From Octopus vulgaris (Eukaryota): a stretch of DNA of 64,000 bases. A model generated the notes under the pieces. It was given only the letters and a program-made list of their open reading frames with translations, made no database searches and had not been told where the DNA came from. The translations under genes were made by a program, and so were the position numbers. Location: positions 1,240,001-1,304,000 of the forward strand of contig OX597832.1 in assembly GCA_951406725.2 (NCBI GenBank), in the 5' to 3' direction. Positions within the stretch are counted from its first letter, which is position 1. Each line of letters opens with the position of its first letter. This document shows positions 48,058-60,789 of this stretch, piece after piece.

Positions 48058-49099
48058 TTAATTGTTTTTGATGTTTGACAAAAAGGCCATTATTCTACAT
48101 TTTGCTTTACATTTGAGCATATATTTTATCCTTTGCTCATAATGTATTGAAAATGACTGCATTTTTGTATTTTGATTTGTGGTCATTGGACTGAAAATGG
48201 CCCTGGACTGGGCATAGGATGATATTAATATTCACTTTGAGTACTGTTTTGGCTAGACTGTGGGTGTGGGGAGTGGTTGTACTAGCTTTGGTAGCTTGGT
48301 AGAAGCAGAGGTTGAGTTGGTGACTTGAGAATGGCTTTGGACTGCCAGTGACAGTAATGGTGGTCAAAGGTGGAAAGAAAAAAAAAATGGACAAGTCTGC
48401 TCTTGACAATGAATCTGCCACAGATCTCAGGTCTGCACAAAATATAAATTAAGATAACCCATTTATGGGTTACCTCAGTTTTTTAAGGTAATCCATTTTA
48501 GCAACACACTGGTAACAATAGGCTGAATACATGATTTTGTCTTCCATTCAAATTACTCATTTACCAGGTTAGTAAGTAATACTCCTATCTGTGGTTTCAA
48601 ATACAATTTTATTGATGATATCTCTCACATTTAATGTGTTTTTCCTATTTCTGCACATTCTAAATATATTCATTTTTAACAAATCTTCCAAATTTCAAGT
48701 CATAAAATCAAACCTTAAAATGAATACCGTTACTCCTTATTTACTGGTCTTTATGTGCAGATATGAATGATTGTTGATCTTTGTCACAAATAGCCACAGC
48801 TGTATAAGTGACCTTAACACCAATTTAAATAAATATCTTAGTTTTACAGTGTATATTGGCCAGTATATTTTGTCTTCATTTTTATTAACTTTTAAATGCT
48901 GTGATTTACTTTTGTTGTGTTGTAAATAGCCATTTTTCAAAGTTATAGTTTATAAAATAAATGATGTTTGCAAAGAAAAACGAGTTGTTCATTTTTTTTT
49001 TGTACTTGTACTTGTTTATATGTTATATATGAAAATAAAACTTCTTTCATAGTAAAAAAAAAAAAAAAAGCTGTGTGAAGTTCACAATAAATGCATAAT

Positions 49100-49810
49100 T
49101 TAATTATTAACTTGCTCACCTGGAACATCTCCAAAATTAAACATTTTAACATATGTAATATTCTTCACATTATTAGGCACACTATATCTTACTCCTTTAA
49201 TTCAAATCAAAAATGTGCGAGTGTATATCATACTGCTTTTACTTTTTTTCTGAAGTGTGATGAATTTTAAAGTTGTTGAATGAAAAAAATATTCAATTTT
49301 CTGTCTGATAACGATGTCAAACAAATAAGTTTAAAAAAAAACACAGTCAAAAATAATTAAGAGAAAGCCTACTTTTCAAATATGAAATTGTTGATCTGCT
49401 TACACTTTTTAACTTTTTACCTTTATTATCTGCTCTGTGCACTATGTAAAGTCAACCAGAAGCAAAAGTGAGGCAAATAAAAATTTTTTTCAGTACCACA
49501 TCATGTTAAGAGAATGCAGGATCTTCAGAGGTTGCAAAGATGTGATTCAGTGAACAAATTAATGATAAAGCACTTTCAGCATGTTGAAAAGTGCCATTGA
49601 AATTTTGCTTGTCAAAAACAATTTGTCTCTGGAAAGACATTCAACTTTCCCAAGGATGCAAAGAAAAGCTCATACTGCCAGTTTGGTTCAAGGAAACCCT
49701 GTGGCTTCATTATAATATTCAGCATGATGTTGTTGCCTGCTAGTATTGTCTGGGATAAGTTTGGCATAACAAAATTACAATGCCTAAGGAAACTGCCTTA
49801 ATGACAGTGA
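49100..49810 (+). mobile_element. hAT 5' fragment (paralog of the 11090 and 52300 copies)
   Basis: Colinear nucleotide homology with 11170-12040 and 52300-53040. Confidence 0.8.
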
Positions 49811-49814
49811 GGCA

Positions 49815-50690
49815 CTAGATTTCTTTCGAAAACATAATATCATTCCCAGTACAGTAGACTGCCCTAGATGTCATTTACCATGTACACTCCGCGAAAACAC
49901 AAGCATCTTCCGATGTCGAAGGACTGCTCGCCGTCGAAGACAAAGGCCCACGGAATGTGGATATTCTATATCCCTATACAACAACACTTTTTTGGAGCAG
50001 AATCAGATACCACCCTGTAAAGTCCTGTTATTTGTAAATTACTTTCTCACAGACTGTTGGTCGCATGCATTAGTCATGGAGAATTTAAGGATTTCATATC
50101 CGACCTTGATTGATTGGCGATCCTTCTGTTCGGAGGTTTGTCAGCATTGGGTTGAGAATTACTGGGACCAAATCGGTGGACCAGGAGTTGAAGTAGAAAT
50201 TGATGAGACGGTTATTGTAAGAAGAAAATATAATCATGGAAGACTCACAAAAACTATCTGGCTTTTCGGTGGGATAGAGTGAGTAGCCAAAAAGAAATTT
50301 TTTATACCTCTTTCATCTGAGTGTGGTGAAGAGGAAAGGCAAGATGCCGCCACACTGATCCCCTTAATTACTCGATATATACGCCAAGGGTCCATAGAAT
50401 ATAGCGATTCTTGGGCTGCGTATAATTCTCTGGTAAATCTCGGCTATACCCACTTTTGGATCAACCACAGTGAAAATTTTGTTGATCCTACAAACGCGTC
50501 GGTGCACACACAGATGATAGAGAGATTGTGGGGGTTAGTTAAGAGATCTGTTGTTCGCCCAGGCATTCGTGCCTGTTACTTAAAGCAATACCTCTCTAGA
50601 TTCCTATTTATGGAAAGCATTAAACCTGCTGCCAAGAGAATACACGTATTCTTATTGGCAGCAGCAAGTCTTTATCCTGGCTCGAGATAA
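49815..50690 (+). pseudogene. Merlin/IS1595-family DDE transposase, disrupted
   Basis: IGGPGVEVEIDET..RRKYNHGR...WLFGGIE*...TLIPLI...YSDSWAAY...NHSENFVDP...HTQMIERLW; TGA at 50280-50282 in an otherwise open C-terminal frame. Confidence 0.92.
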
Positions 50691-50720
50691 TTTTTTCCTC
50701 CAAATGCAACCCTTCTCATT

Positions 50721-51921
50721 TCGGTTAAACTAAAGCGTTTGACCCGGTCATAAAAAAAAAAAAAGTGTAATAGGTGTAAAACAACTTCCTCTAAACGAAT
50801 ATGACAAAAAAATGCGCACTCGAGGAAAGGGGTGAGGGAGAGGCCTCGGAAAATTCACATCGTGAAATTCCGAAAGCGTCTGACCCGGGCACAAAAACAA
50901 ACAAAAAAAATAGTGTAATAGGTGTAAAACAACTTGCTGTAAACGAATATGACAAAAAAAAAATGCGCGCTTACGAAAGGGGGGTGGGGGTGAGGACTCG
51001 GAAAATTTACATCTTCAGTCCATGGCCTTTAAACTATAGTGTTTGACCCGGGCCGGAAAAAAATAAAAAAATAGTGTAATTGGTGTAAAACTACTTGTTC
51101 TAAATGATTATCAAGAACACACACACACAAAGAGAAATGGTTGGTTCACTGCAACATTTAAATCTCCAAAGACAAAAAATATTTAGACACAAACGTGTGT
51201 CCGTGTGTCTCAGAAAAACATTCTCAAGCACAAACGCATGCTACCACACTGAATTCCAGAGCGGATTCATGAAAAAAGATCAAATTTTCACACAGTAACC
51301 AATGATATGCTGAACATTATGGCTGTTAAAATTGTAGATTGTCTTCAAAATAAATATTTGAAAGCTTCACAAACGTAGATCACACATCTAAGTGTAGCAT
51401 GCATTTGTGTTTGAGATTGTTTTTCTGAGACACACAGACACACGTTTGTGTCTAAACATTTTGTCTTTGGAGATTTAAATGTTGCAGTGAACCAACCATT
51501 TCTCTTTGTGTGTGTGTTCTTGATAATCGTTTAGAACAAGTAGTTTTACACCAATTACACTATTTTTTAATTTTTTTCCGGCCTGGGTCAAACACTATAG
51601 TTTAAAGGCCATGGACTGAAGATGTGAATTTTCCGAGTCCTCTCCTCCACCACCCCCTTTTGCGAGCGCGCATTTTTTTTTGTTATATTCGTTTGGAGAA
51701 AGTTGTTTTACATCCATTACACTATTTTTTGTTTTGTTTTTGTGCCCGGGTCAGACCCTCAGATGCTTTTGGAAATTCCGGATGTGAATTTTCCGAGTCC
51801 TCTCCTTTTGCGAGCACGCATTTTTTTTTGTCATATTCGTTTTGAGGAAGTTGTTTTACACCTATTACACTATTTTTTGTTTTTGTTTTTATGACTGGGT
51901 CAAATGCTTTAGTTTAACCGA
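50721..51921. repeat. About 1.2-kb inverted repeat (arms about 530 bp, spacer about 140 bp) with internal subrepeats
   Basis: tcggttaaactaaagcgtttgacccggtcataa ... ttatgactgggtcaaatgctttagtttaaccga; arms match through about 51250/51390. Confidence 0.92.
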
Positions 51922-52040
51922 TATTTCCTTCTTTTTTTTTGTTATAGAATGTCTTATATTTGCAATTTGTATTTTAACTGCTTACATTTGCTTAACTTGT
52001 ATATCTCCGAAATAAAGTATATTTTAACCTACAAAATATA

Positions 52041-52295
52041 GGTACTATTTAAGAAGAGTGGTCCCGGTACGCGTACTTGCGTATCCGCGCTAGCTAGTCG
52101 TGACTAGTTGATCCTACAACGACTACCTAGCAAAGTAAATAAAAGACAAAATAAATAATTTTTTTACACAAAGTAAATAATTTTTTTAAAACAAAGTAAA
52201 TAAAGCAAAAACACAAAGTAAGGATCGACTAGTTACAACTAGCTAGCATGGATGCGTGAGTGCGCGCACCGGGACCACTATTCTTAAATAGTACC
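52041..52295. mobile_element. Merlin-type MITE
   Basis: About 75-bp TIRs GGTACTATTTAAGAA...; 9-bp TSD caaaatata (52032-52040, 52296-52304). Confidence 0.9.
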
Positions 52296-52299
52296 CAAA

Positions 52300-54870
52300 A
52301 TATACTTCATATTGTTGCATGTAGTGTTACTCATTTAACATAAATAAAAAAGAATATAGAAATATGCATCACGCAACTTCTAATTATTTTTGAATTTTAA
52401 GGTTTTTAAATGAAATATTCAAGTTTTGTATTTGATAATGATGTATCTGATAACGAGTAAGCTTTAATAAAACAATCAAAAACTATTAAGCAAAGTTCTT
52501 CATTTGTTTATTGTTGTTTTAACTCAATATTCATGTCTGGAAATTTTTCGTCACACACCTGAGACCTCTTCAGTGACTGTTGCCCTCTTTCTCCATTTCT
52601 TTGCTTTCCAAATATGAAATTGTTAATCTGCTTGCAGTTTTAGACAAGTTTTCTTTTATTTTCAGCTGTGTGTACTATGTCGAATCCACGAGAAGCAAAA
52701 GTGAGGAAAATTTCTGATTTCTTCATTACTTCGTCATATCAAAAGAATCCAGGAGCATCGGATATTGTGGAAGTGCAACTCAATGAACAAATTATTGATA
52801 AAGCTCTTGCAGTAAATTGCAATGTGCCATCGAAATATTGCACATCAACAGAACAATTTGTGCCAAGTGAAACATTTGAATTTCCCAAGGATGCAAAAAA
52901 CTGTTCATGCCGCTCAGATTGGTTTAAAGAGAACCCATAGCTTCATTATGATATTCAGTATGATGTTGTTATCTGCTGGTATTGTCTTGAAGGAGCTAAC
53001 AGGATTCCATCTCCCAAGGAAACTGCCTTTTTGACTGGTGTAAGAAACTGGGGCAAAATTACAGCAAAAATTGCTGCACATAGCCGCTCTTGTCCCCATA
53101 TAAATGCTGTCTGCACTTTTCGGTCGAAAACAGACATATCTGTGACTCTGAATAAGCAGCTGATTCAGCAACAAGAAGTAACCCAGCAAGCTTAAAAATT
53201 ATTTTCAAAGCGGTTAGATTTTGTGTAGGCAAGGCCTAGCATTACAAGGGCATGACCACGATATGGGAAACTTTGTAAATCTCGTAAGGGAACTTGCTGA
53301 AGAATGCATTGCAGATGTAAGTCAGTGGTTTAAGCATCGGGACAATTTCCTCTGATACAATTCAAAATGAAATTTTAGAGGCATATGCTCATAACATTTT
53401 ACATGAGATCAAAATAAAAGTAGAAAATTCCAGGTTTATTGGCATTATATGTGATGGTACCACTGATTGCTCTGGCATGGAACAAGAATCAATCCCTGTC
53501 TGGTACATTTCTGAAGACCTGAATGTCAATGAGGATTTTCTAGGTTTTTATAATCCCCCTGACTGCTCTTTGGAGACACTGACTAAGATTATTCTAGATG
53601 TTTTTTGTCGTCTAAACATTTTACTTGGCTCAAAGTTATGCTGCTGTTCATTCGATGGTGCAAGTACCATGAGTGGAAACATTTCAGGTGTACAAATGTG
53701 ATTGAAAAATTTGTTCCCAGGTACATATTTTGTACACTGTGGAAACCACTCTCTGGACCTTGTCCTCCAAGAAATTAGTTCATCAATGCACCATTCTTGT
53801 AAAAGAGTCACCAAAAAGAAAAGCACAATGGGCAAATCTTTGTGGTGAGAATGTCATCATGTTGCAAGCAGTGTGTCCAACTTGGTGGTGCATTAGAGCA
53901 ACAGCACTGAAACGAGCAGAAAACAATTATAGGAATATTCAGAATTGTTTGATTGACCTTCTTAATGACTTGTCGTTAAGAGCAACAACAAAGGCTACTG
54001 TTAAAGGGCTGCTAAAACAATCTGGCAAAGCTTCCACTTTGTTCAGCATTAAAATCGCTGGGATATATTTGGAGTATGTGAGCCAGTGGCACGTAGCTTA
54101 CAGTGTCCAGGCACAATGGCCAATGATTGTATGAAATTGATTGAAAAGTTGAAAAACTCTCATTCAAAATTGAGAAGTGAGAAGGTTTTTGAAAAATATT
54201 TCGATGAAGTATCCTCTTCTGACTTAGTGAAAATGCCCAACATTTTGTGATCCAAAAACATATCACTGCGCTTTAGGCACACAACAACTACTGAAGAAGT
54301 TGCTCTTTCTGTCACCGATGACTGGCGTCGGCAATTTTTCTCTATATGTCATCGAAAATGAATTGACTCGTTGGTTTCAGCAAGAGGGAATGCGTGTATG
54401 CTCTGAGTGAAAGGAGTTGCTGTTGTCAGCAGTCAATTGTGGTGTATTTAACTTTGAAAATGCACATCTACCTGCTTCTTTTGATTTGCTCTTACTGTCA
54501 TCTCAAATCAAACTTCTTGCTGGCCTATGGACGGAAAGGGAAACTTTGTCTAAATCATTTAATGACATAGTTGAAAAATGAGAGAGTGTCTGATGCTATT
54601 TTTCGTTCTAGTATGCCACAAGTGGTGGTGTTAATGCAGCTTGTCTTGTCTTCACCTATATCTGTTGCATCAAGCAAAAGAACATTCAACGCACTTTGCC
54701 GTTTGAAGACCTGGCTCCGTACCACAATGACACAGCACTGTCTTACACATTGTGCCATAATGCATGTACATAAAAAAATATACGATGAAAACACTTTGCA
54801 CATCCTCATGAAACGTTTCATTAACAAAATGTGTGAGCGTAGGAAAACTTTTGGAATATGTTGATACAGT
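52300..54870 (+). mobile_element. Near-complete decayed hAT transposon (ZMYM1/DUF4371-like transposase)
   Basis: QGLALQGHD, IGIICDGTTDCSGMEQ, SFDGASTMSG, VHCGNHSLDL, CPTWWCIRATAL, dimerization motif ISVASSKRTFNALCRLKTWLRTTMTQ. Confidence 0.9.
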
Positions 54871-54919
54871 TTTCTTTATATACGTGTGAATTATGGAGTG
54901 ATGCAAAAACTTGGCTTAC

Positions 54920-55945
54920 TTCTTATAGCTTCATTATTTCTTTCTTGGTAAACTGACATTTGACTGTTCAGAGAAAACTTCAAAAGTAACTATTAGTGAC
55001 TTCTCTTGAAGATTAACAAAATTTGGCATCGTGCTGTTATCAAGTACCTGTAGAAAAAGGATTCAGTCCCCAAGGACATGTTGATATATTGGAGGATGAT
55101 GCTCCAGTTTTCTCACCAGTGCAAAAGTGATTAACTGATTTGAGCAAAGATAATTTTGAAAAAGACTAATGACCTGAACAGTCTGCAACTGCCTCCATCG
55201 GTGACAAAAAACAAAATAAATTGCCAATGTTAATTGCATATCATGTGTGAGAGCTGAGAATATTCTATACAATAAATTTGGCATGATGAAAGTTTCTGCT
55301 TGGTGGGTGTTGCCTCTTCTGACACCTGATTAAAAGGAGACCAGGCTGATGACATTTCGAGAATATCTGACATTGCTTGAGGCAAATCCAGTTTCCTTAA
55401 ATGTGTTGGGTTCATCATTTTGAGTTAGAGAATAAGAGATAATCTAACCGTGGAGACACTCCTCAACACTTACTCTAAAGAAGGTCATCAAGATTGTTTA
55501 ATCTGCAGGGAAGGTGATGGCCTCAGGATTTTGGATTGCAAAAAGCATTGTGTTTATTGACTACTTTCAAAAGGCTCTCACCATCAATGGAGAGTGCTGT
55601 ACTGTGCCACCTTTCTAAGGCAGTTGCGAAAGGCTATCAAGGCCAAACGCAAGGAAAACTGTTGAGTATGTTTTTCTTTCATCGAAACAAATACTCCAGC
55701 GCACAAGTAATTGGTTTCGATGGCTGCTGTGTGTGATTGGCTTTGAACTGCTAAGCCACCCTCCCTACTTTAGTGATTTGACCTCATCTTATTATCTATA
55801 TCCCCTACATATAAAAAAAAAATACTCAGTTAGGAACCAATATCATAGTGATGATGTCTTATCAGCTGTTGAAAACTTGTTTAACTAACAGGATAGCTTC
55901 TTTTCTAAGGCAATCGAAGCAATGAATCACTGAAAGAAGTATGTA
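54920..55945 (+). mobile_element. Decayed mariner (same family as 13060-13400)
   Basis: KIWHRAVIKYL, KVSAWWV, SAGKVMASGFWIAK, HPPYFSDLTSS. Confidence 0.8.
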
Positions 55946-55947
55946 GA

Positions 55948-56320
55948 TGATCTTTTCTGTTTGATGTTCACTTTTCAATTGCCTCAATTTTGTTCCAATT
56001 TCAAAAATGTGTATTGTTCACATGAACTAAACCAACAGTATGTTTATCCAACATTTCACAGAACTTTATTAAAACTTCCATCGTTGAATGTTTTAACATC
56101 GTAATGTTGTCACCTTGTAGAAAATGCCAGCTTCCACATCCTGTTCTCTGATTGAGGGAAAAATGATCAGACTTTAAACCTCTGTCACAGTTTTCTAAAG
56201 TTTTTCTGGAGTAAGTGAATAGCATCAGATTCAAGGTGGAAAATTACACCAATGTTTCAAATTTTAAAATTTTTGCTTAATTTCAAAATTTCTGAAGGTG
56301 AAATCAAGCAGAAAAGATCC
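55948..56320. mobile_element. Merlin-type MITE, degenerate
   Basis: Ends tgatcttttctgtttgat / atcaagcagaaaagatcc. Confidence 0.65.
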
Positions 56321-56484
56321 TAATATTTAAAAATGAACTTCATTTGGTCACATTCCATGAGAATATATTGGTCAGCCTGTTAATTTTCCAGTCGATCCTC
56401 ATAATAATAAAAGTTATTATTATTGAACATTTGTTTGTTTTGATACCCAAATTAGAAAACTTTACCTTGTTTGTAAAAATGTTG

Positions 56485-57041
56485 GGACCTGAGTTCTGAG
56501 AGTGCGCATGTCACAAATTTGCACGTGCGCACGCGTTAGTTGTAAGTAGTCGATTTTAGCTCACAAGGCAAATGACAAGATGCGTGGATGTGCACTACTA
56601 GTTGATTTTAACACAGAGGGAAACAATGAGATGCACAGACGTGCACTACTTGTTGTAAATGGAGTGGGGTTATCCATGTAATACAAAAAGAAAATTGAAT
56701 ATAAAAGTGAAAAATAAACATTGAATACTGAAAAAAACCCATTCATCTCCCCTAACCCTCAACCTAACTCTAACCCTTAATAAAATATGGGAAAAGCTGG
56801 AGATGAATGTTTTGAAAACAACATTCTGAACTATCATTCAATGAAATATCATTTTGTTATTTTTCATGTTTTTATTCAATTTATCTGCAATTTTCTTCTT
56901 GTATTAGATAGATAACCCACCCTCCATTTACAGCAAGTAGCATGCATCTCGTTGTTTACCTGTGTACTAAAATCGACTACTTATGACTAACGTGCTTGCA
57001 TGCGCAAATTTGCGACATGCGCACTCCCAGAACTCGGATCC
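56485..57041. mobile_element. Long-TIR MITE (GGATCC-type terminus) with a central CCCTAA-like tract
   Basis: ggacctgagttctgagagtgcgcatgtc / gacatgcgcactcccagaactcggatcc; arms extend inward; ccctaaccctcaacctaactctaaccct at about 56750-56778. Confidence 0.8.
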
Positions 57042-57199
57042 ACACTTCTCCAGTAGTGCCAAATTTTGGAACTGAGTTTGCACTCCCTAAGCAAATTTTG
57101 TTCCTGGGCCAGGAAAACCTTTGTCATATTTCTCACACTTTAAGAACTCATTCAGAAAACATTGATCTTGGAATTTCAGAGAGTGACTGTGTAGTAAGA

Positions 57200-59128
57200 T
57201 AACAAGAAGATTGCATCATACAACATTGCAATATTGGTCGCAAAGGCCTGTTATTGAAGAATTTCTCTCGATTGTAATGCATAAAAGCTGGTTTAGTGAT
57301 GTACTGTAGTTGGTTATTAAGACTGCTAACAAGCTAAAATTGAATTCTTTGTCAGAATGAATTTTCTTTGACTGTGCTTTAATAATGATGATGATAATGT
57401 GAGGCTTTTGCACCATACGATGGTTGTCAAAAGGTAACTTTGTGGTCTGTTTGATAAAATAGTAATTTTTTTCTCAAAACACTCCACTATCCACTTTCCT
57501 GATTGCTTCAAAATGTAATAGGGGTGAGGTAGGGGGTGGAGATGGAGGAAATTAGTAACTGGGGCAAAATGAGCAATTCCTGATTTCCTGATATTTTCTC
57601 CCTACCCATTTGAAACTGTTACATTGCAAGTAGTGCATTATCTTTGGGAATAAAAACTGGTCAGCATTGTTGTTGTTGAAACCTAAGGGTTTGGAACATA
57701 GTCAGGTGACAGGTAACTTTTTTAGAAAGTTTTTCTCAACTTTGACCCAATTGTAATTGAAGTTGCTAATAAAATATCTGGATTCCAAGTAAATTTTTTT
57801 CCTATACTACTAAAATTATGTCTAAACTGGGACAAAATGAGTAATATATAATTTCAACAATTTCTTACCTTTAACTTCATGGGGCATAAATTTATCAGGA
57901 AGAGCACCATTCCAGCAGATTGTGAAGAAGCTATAGACAAAATTTTATGTTGTGTTTTTAGATTAAGTGGAGTTTCATTAATTTTATATAATGTGACATT
58001 TTTCCATGATCCTCTTTCATTTAACAAAGATATTTTAAATATTTGTTGCATTTCTGATTTTTCTGATGACTATGAATGGATATTGATGTGTATAAGTCTT
58101 TTCCCAAATGTAATTCTGGAGAATTGAAGAGACAAATTTATCTTAACTTGTCTTACTCATTTTTGCTCCATCTAATTTTGTCTTTTTGTATGTTCAAAGA
58201 AAACGGAGATAATTTTCTGTAGTAGTGTTCTGGATATGTTATAGTAATTTCAATGCATTTAGAGAAGGGTAGAATTCTAGTTTAAGCACCCCATTTAATC
58301 CCTCATAACTTTTATATTTTTTAGAATTTTCAGAAAATTTTTGCATGTTTGTATTCTACACATGGGAATTCAAAACAATTTAAACTGCTTCTCTCCCCCA
58401 TCAGTCTCAAAAGTTCCACACTTTTTGGAATTTTTAAAAAAATCAGAATCATTTGCTTAGCTGATATAGTTTTTGTAAGGTAGGGAACATTTGTAAAAAT
58501 ATATATTTTTCTTCAAAGTCAAAATGGTAGTAAATATTACTTATTCAGCCCCAACCCCTTATTTTTTTTCTTAGTGACATATTCACCAAGCTAAATGATT
58601 GCTTGTTGACTGTAAATCATCCATCACTACCTTCATTTCTGAATTAATGCTTTTTAAGATGAACATTTCAAGATGTCAACTCCACCAATTTCAACAATTG
58701 GATAGCTTGAAAGATGAATTGGTTTATGAGAATGTCATTACATATTGTGATTATTTTCAAACATTGCATAATGATGATTTCAGGATATTAACACATTTGA
58801 AGTCTACGTAATCAACTGCAAAGATGATGTACAAGAAGAATTGATAGATTTACAAAATGACACTGACCTCACAATACAGTAAAGGCTTCATGGTAAGCAT
58901 GATATCCTCAAAGTACAGTGACAACTTATCCTAATCTATAGAAGCACTTAAATTTGATTTTGATAGCTTTCCCAATGTCCTACTTGGCTTCAGCTGTGTT
59001 AATATCTTGTTATCTAAATGTAAAAATAGGCTGGATATAATCAAGTGAGGTGATTTGCAGTTAAAGATGACAAATTTTAAACCTAATGTGTCTGCACTAG
59101 CTGCATCACATCAGACACAGAGGTCAAA
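57200..59128 (+). mobile_element. Decayed hAT (SCAND3/Buster-like) transposase, interrupted by the element at 57518-58560
   Basis: VRLLHHT, LSDIFTKLN, QEELIDLQND, LIAFPMSYL, NRLDI..GDLQLKMTNFKPNVSALAASHQ. Confidence 0.7.
57518..58560. mobile_element. Pogo-like non-autonomous element containing an exon-like insert (57869-58115, minus)
   Basis: Repeats ggggcaaaatgagcaa (about 57560) and gggacaaaatgagtaa (about 57828); inverted ttactcatttttgctcc (about 58154) and ttacttattcagcccc (about 58537); TA at both ends; hAT sequence resumes after it. Confidence 0.55.
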
Positions 59129-59129
59129 T

Positions 59130-60060
59130 AACTGTACACAAAGAAAAAGTAGTATATATAAACAATATTACATTTCAAAAAAGAAAAAAATTATGTGGTT
59201 CAACCTCCTCTTCAACATACAAGTTTCTACTCTAATAGCCAAATTATTTTTCACAATATTTCAAAAACACTTCCACCCTAATCACAAATATCTCAAACTG
59301 ATTAATAGGCACAACACTAAAGTGTCATATTCTACAACTAACAATTTTGATGTAACTGAAGTCAATTATAACCACCAACATCCACTCTAAATCTGAAAAC
59401 AAAATCACACAAATAATAACAATTGCAGTTGTAGAACATCATCATCTTGCCCTCTAGAAGGAAAGTGTCTCTCAAGCAATATTTTCTATAGCACAACTGT
59501 AACCATGAATACTGAACAAACTACTACATCTACATATATAGGGTCTACAGCAAACCAATTCAAAACACAGTGCAACCAACACATGCACTTTTTGCAACTC
59601 AAACAGGAACAATGATACCTCTCTATTCAAGCAGATATGGACATTAAAATAAAAAAAAATACTCCATTTACTATAAACTGGAAAATATTGTTACATGTAC
59701 AACCTTATAAAGGTAATAACAAACCATACTAATTCTGTACGAATGAATCCTATGAGTAATATATAATTTCAACAATTTCTTACCTTTTACTGCATGGGGC
59801 ATAAATTTATCAGGAAGAGCACCATTTCAGCTGATTGTGAAGAAGCTATAGACAAAATTTTATGTTGCGTTTTTAGATTAAGTGGAGTTTCATTAATTTT
59901 ATATAATGTGACATTTTTCCATGATCCTCTTTCATTTGACAAAGATATTTTAAATATTTGTTGTATTTCTGATTTTTCTTATATTAAAGAACTAAAATCT
60001 GAGCTGAAACTCTAAATTAGTCTCTTTATGTAAGCACAAAATCTTAAATACACTTCAAAC
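59130..60060 (+). mobile_element. Naiad-type PLE 3' part (thumb, linker, GIY-YIG), decayed
   Basis: IMWFNLLFN...HFHPNHKYLKLINRHNTKVSYS, CSCRTSSSCPLEGKCL, TYIGSTANQFK, INWKIL. Confidence 0.85.
59752..59979 (+). repeat. About 228-bp near-identical duplicate of 57838-58063
   Basis: The two provided ORFs MGHKFIRKSTI(P/S)ADCEEAIDKILCC... are nearly identical. Confidence 0.95.
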
Positions 60061-60789
60061 CTATAGTTTTTACTAATGGCTAAATATAAGAATACCTCAC
60101 CACCATACTTCTAACATTAATACCTTCGCCATCAACTATAATATACACACATAAAATAGAATGCACACATCTATAATAACACACATAAACACTGATATTA
60201 CAACCCTACACTAAACAATTCAGGAAGAAATTATTTAGGAGTCACCATTTTTAAAAAAAAGTTCTCATAATTTTCTAAAATCTGTATCACACCTGCAAAA
60301 AACACACACATACATTTATGCAAGGAAGACAGAGGAACAACCTGACTTATAATGCACAAATATGCCACATTTTAATACAAATAATGTAAGATTATAAAAA
60401 GTTCCCATGCCTGATACCAAATTTCAGAAATATTAATAAAAAGCAGCCAACAAACTTCCCCTTCTTTAACACATACATTGAATATTATAAATGTCAATCA
60501 AATATTTTCCAGAAAGATAATCCACTTGAGATAAATATGCTGATCTATACCCTTTAAACCCACCAACATATTCTTGTGAACATTAAAACATTTGTTTAAA
60601 AAACTTTCCATATTAAATATCACTGTAACATACTTGGTTGATAACCAGTGTTCTATAAATATAAATAAGAAAAAATGATAAATAATACCAATGTGTCAAC
60701 GAAATAAATCTTACCACCCACCTACATTCTTTTCTGAACCCTCAAATACTAATCCCCCAAAAGTGAATATACCAAGAAAATACACCTAA

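Noticed and set aside
49815-50690. Bacterial IS1595 contamination or recent bacterial transfer
   Set aside because: Eukaryotic Merlin elements share these motifs, and Merlin-type TIR/TSD elements are abundant in this window.
50740-51100. CRISPR-like repeat array
   Set aside because: Eukaryotic context; units are degenerate transposon subrepeats without unique spacers or cas genes.
59420-59750. Selenocysteine-encoding Naiad PLE (known for some Naiads)
   Set aside because: Conserved cysteines in CSCR...CP...CL use TGC/TGT; no TGA at Cys positions and no SECIS recognised. The equivalent region appears deleted in the 4-6 kb copy.
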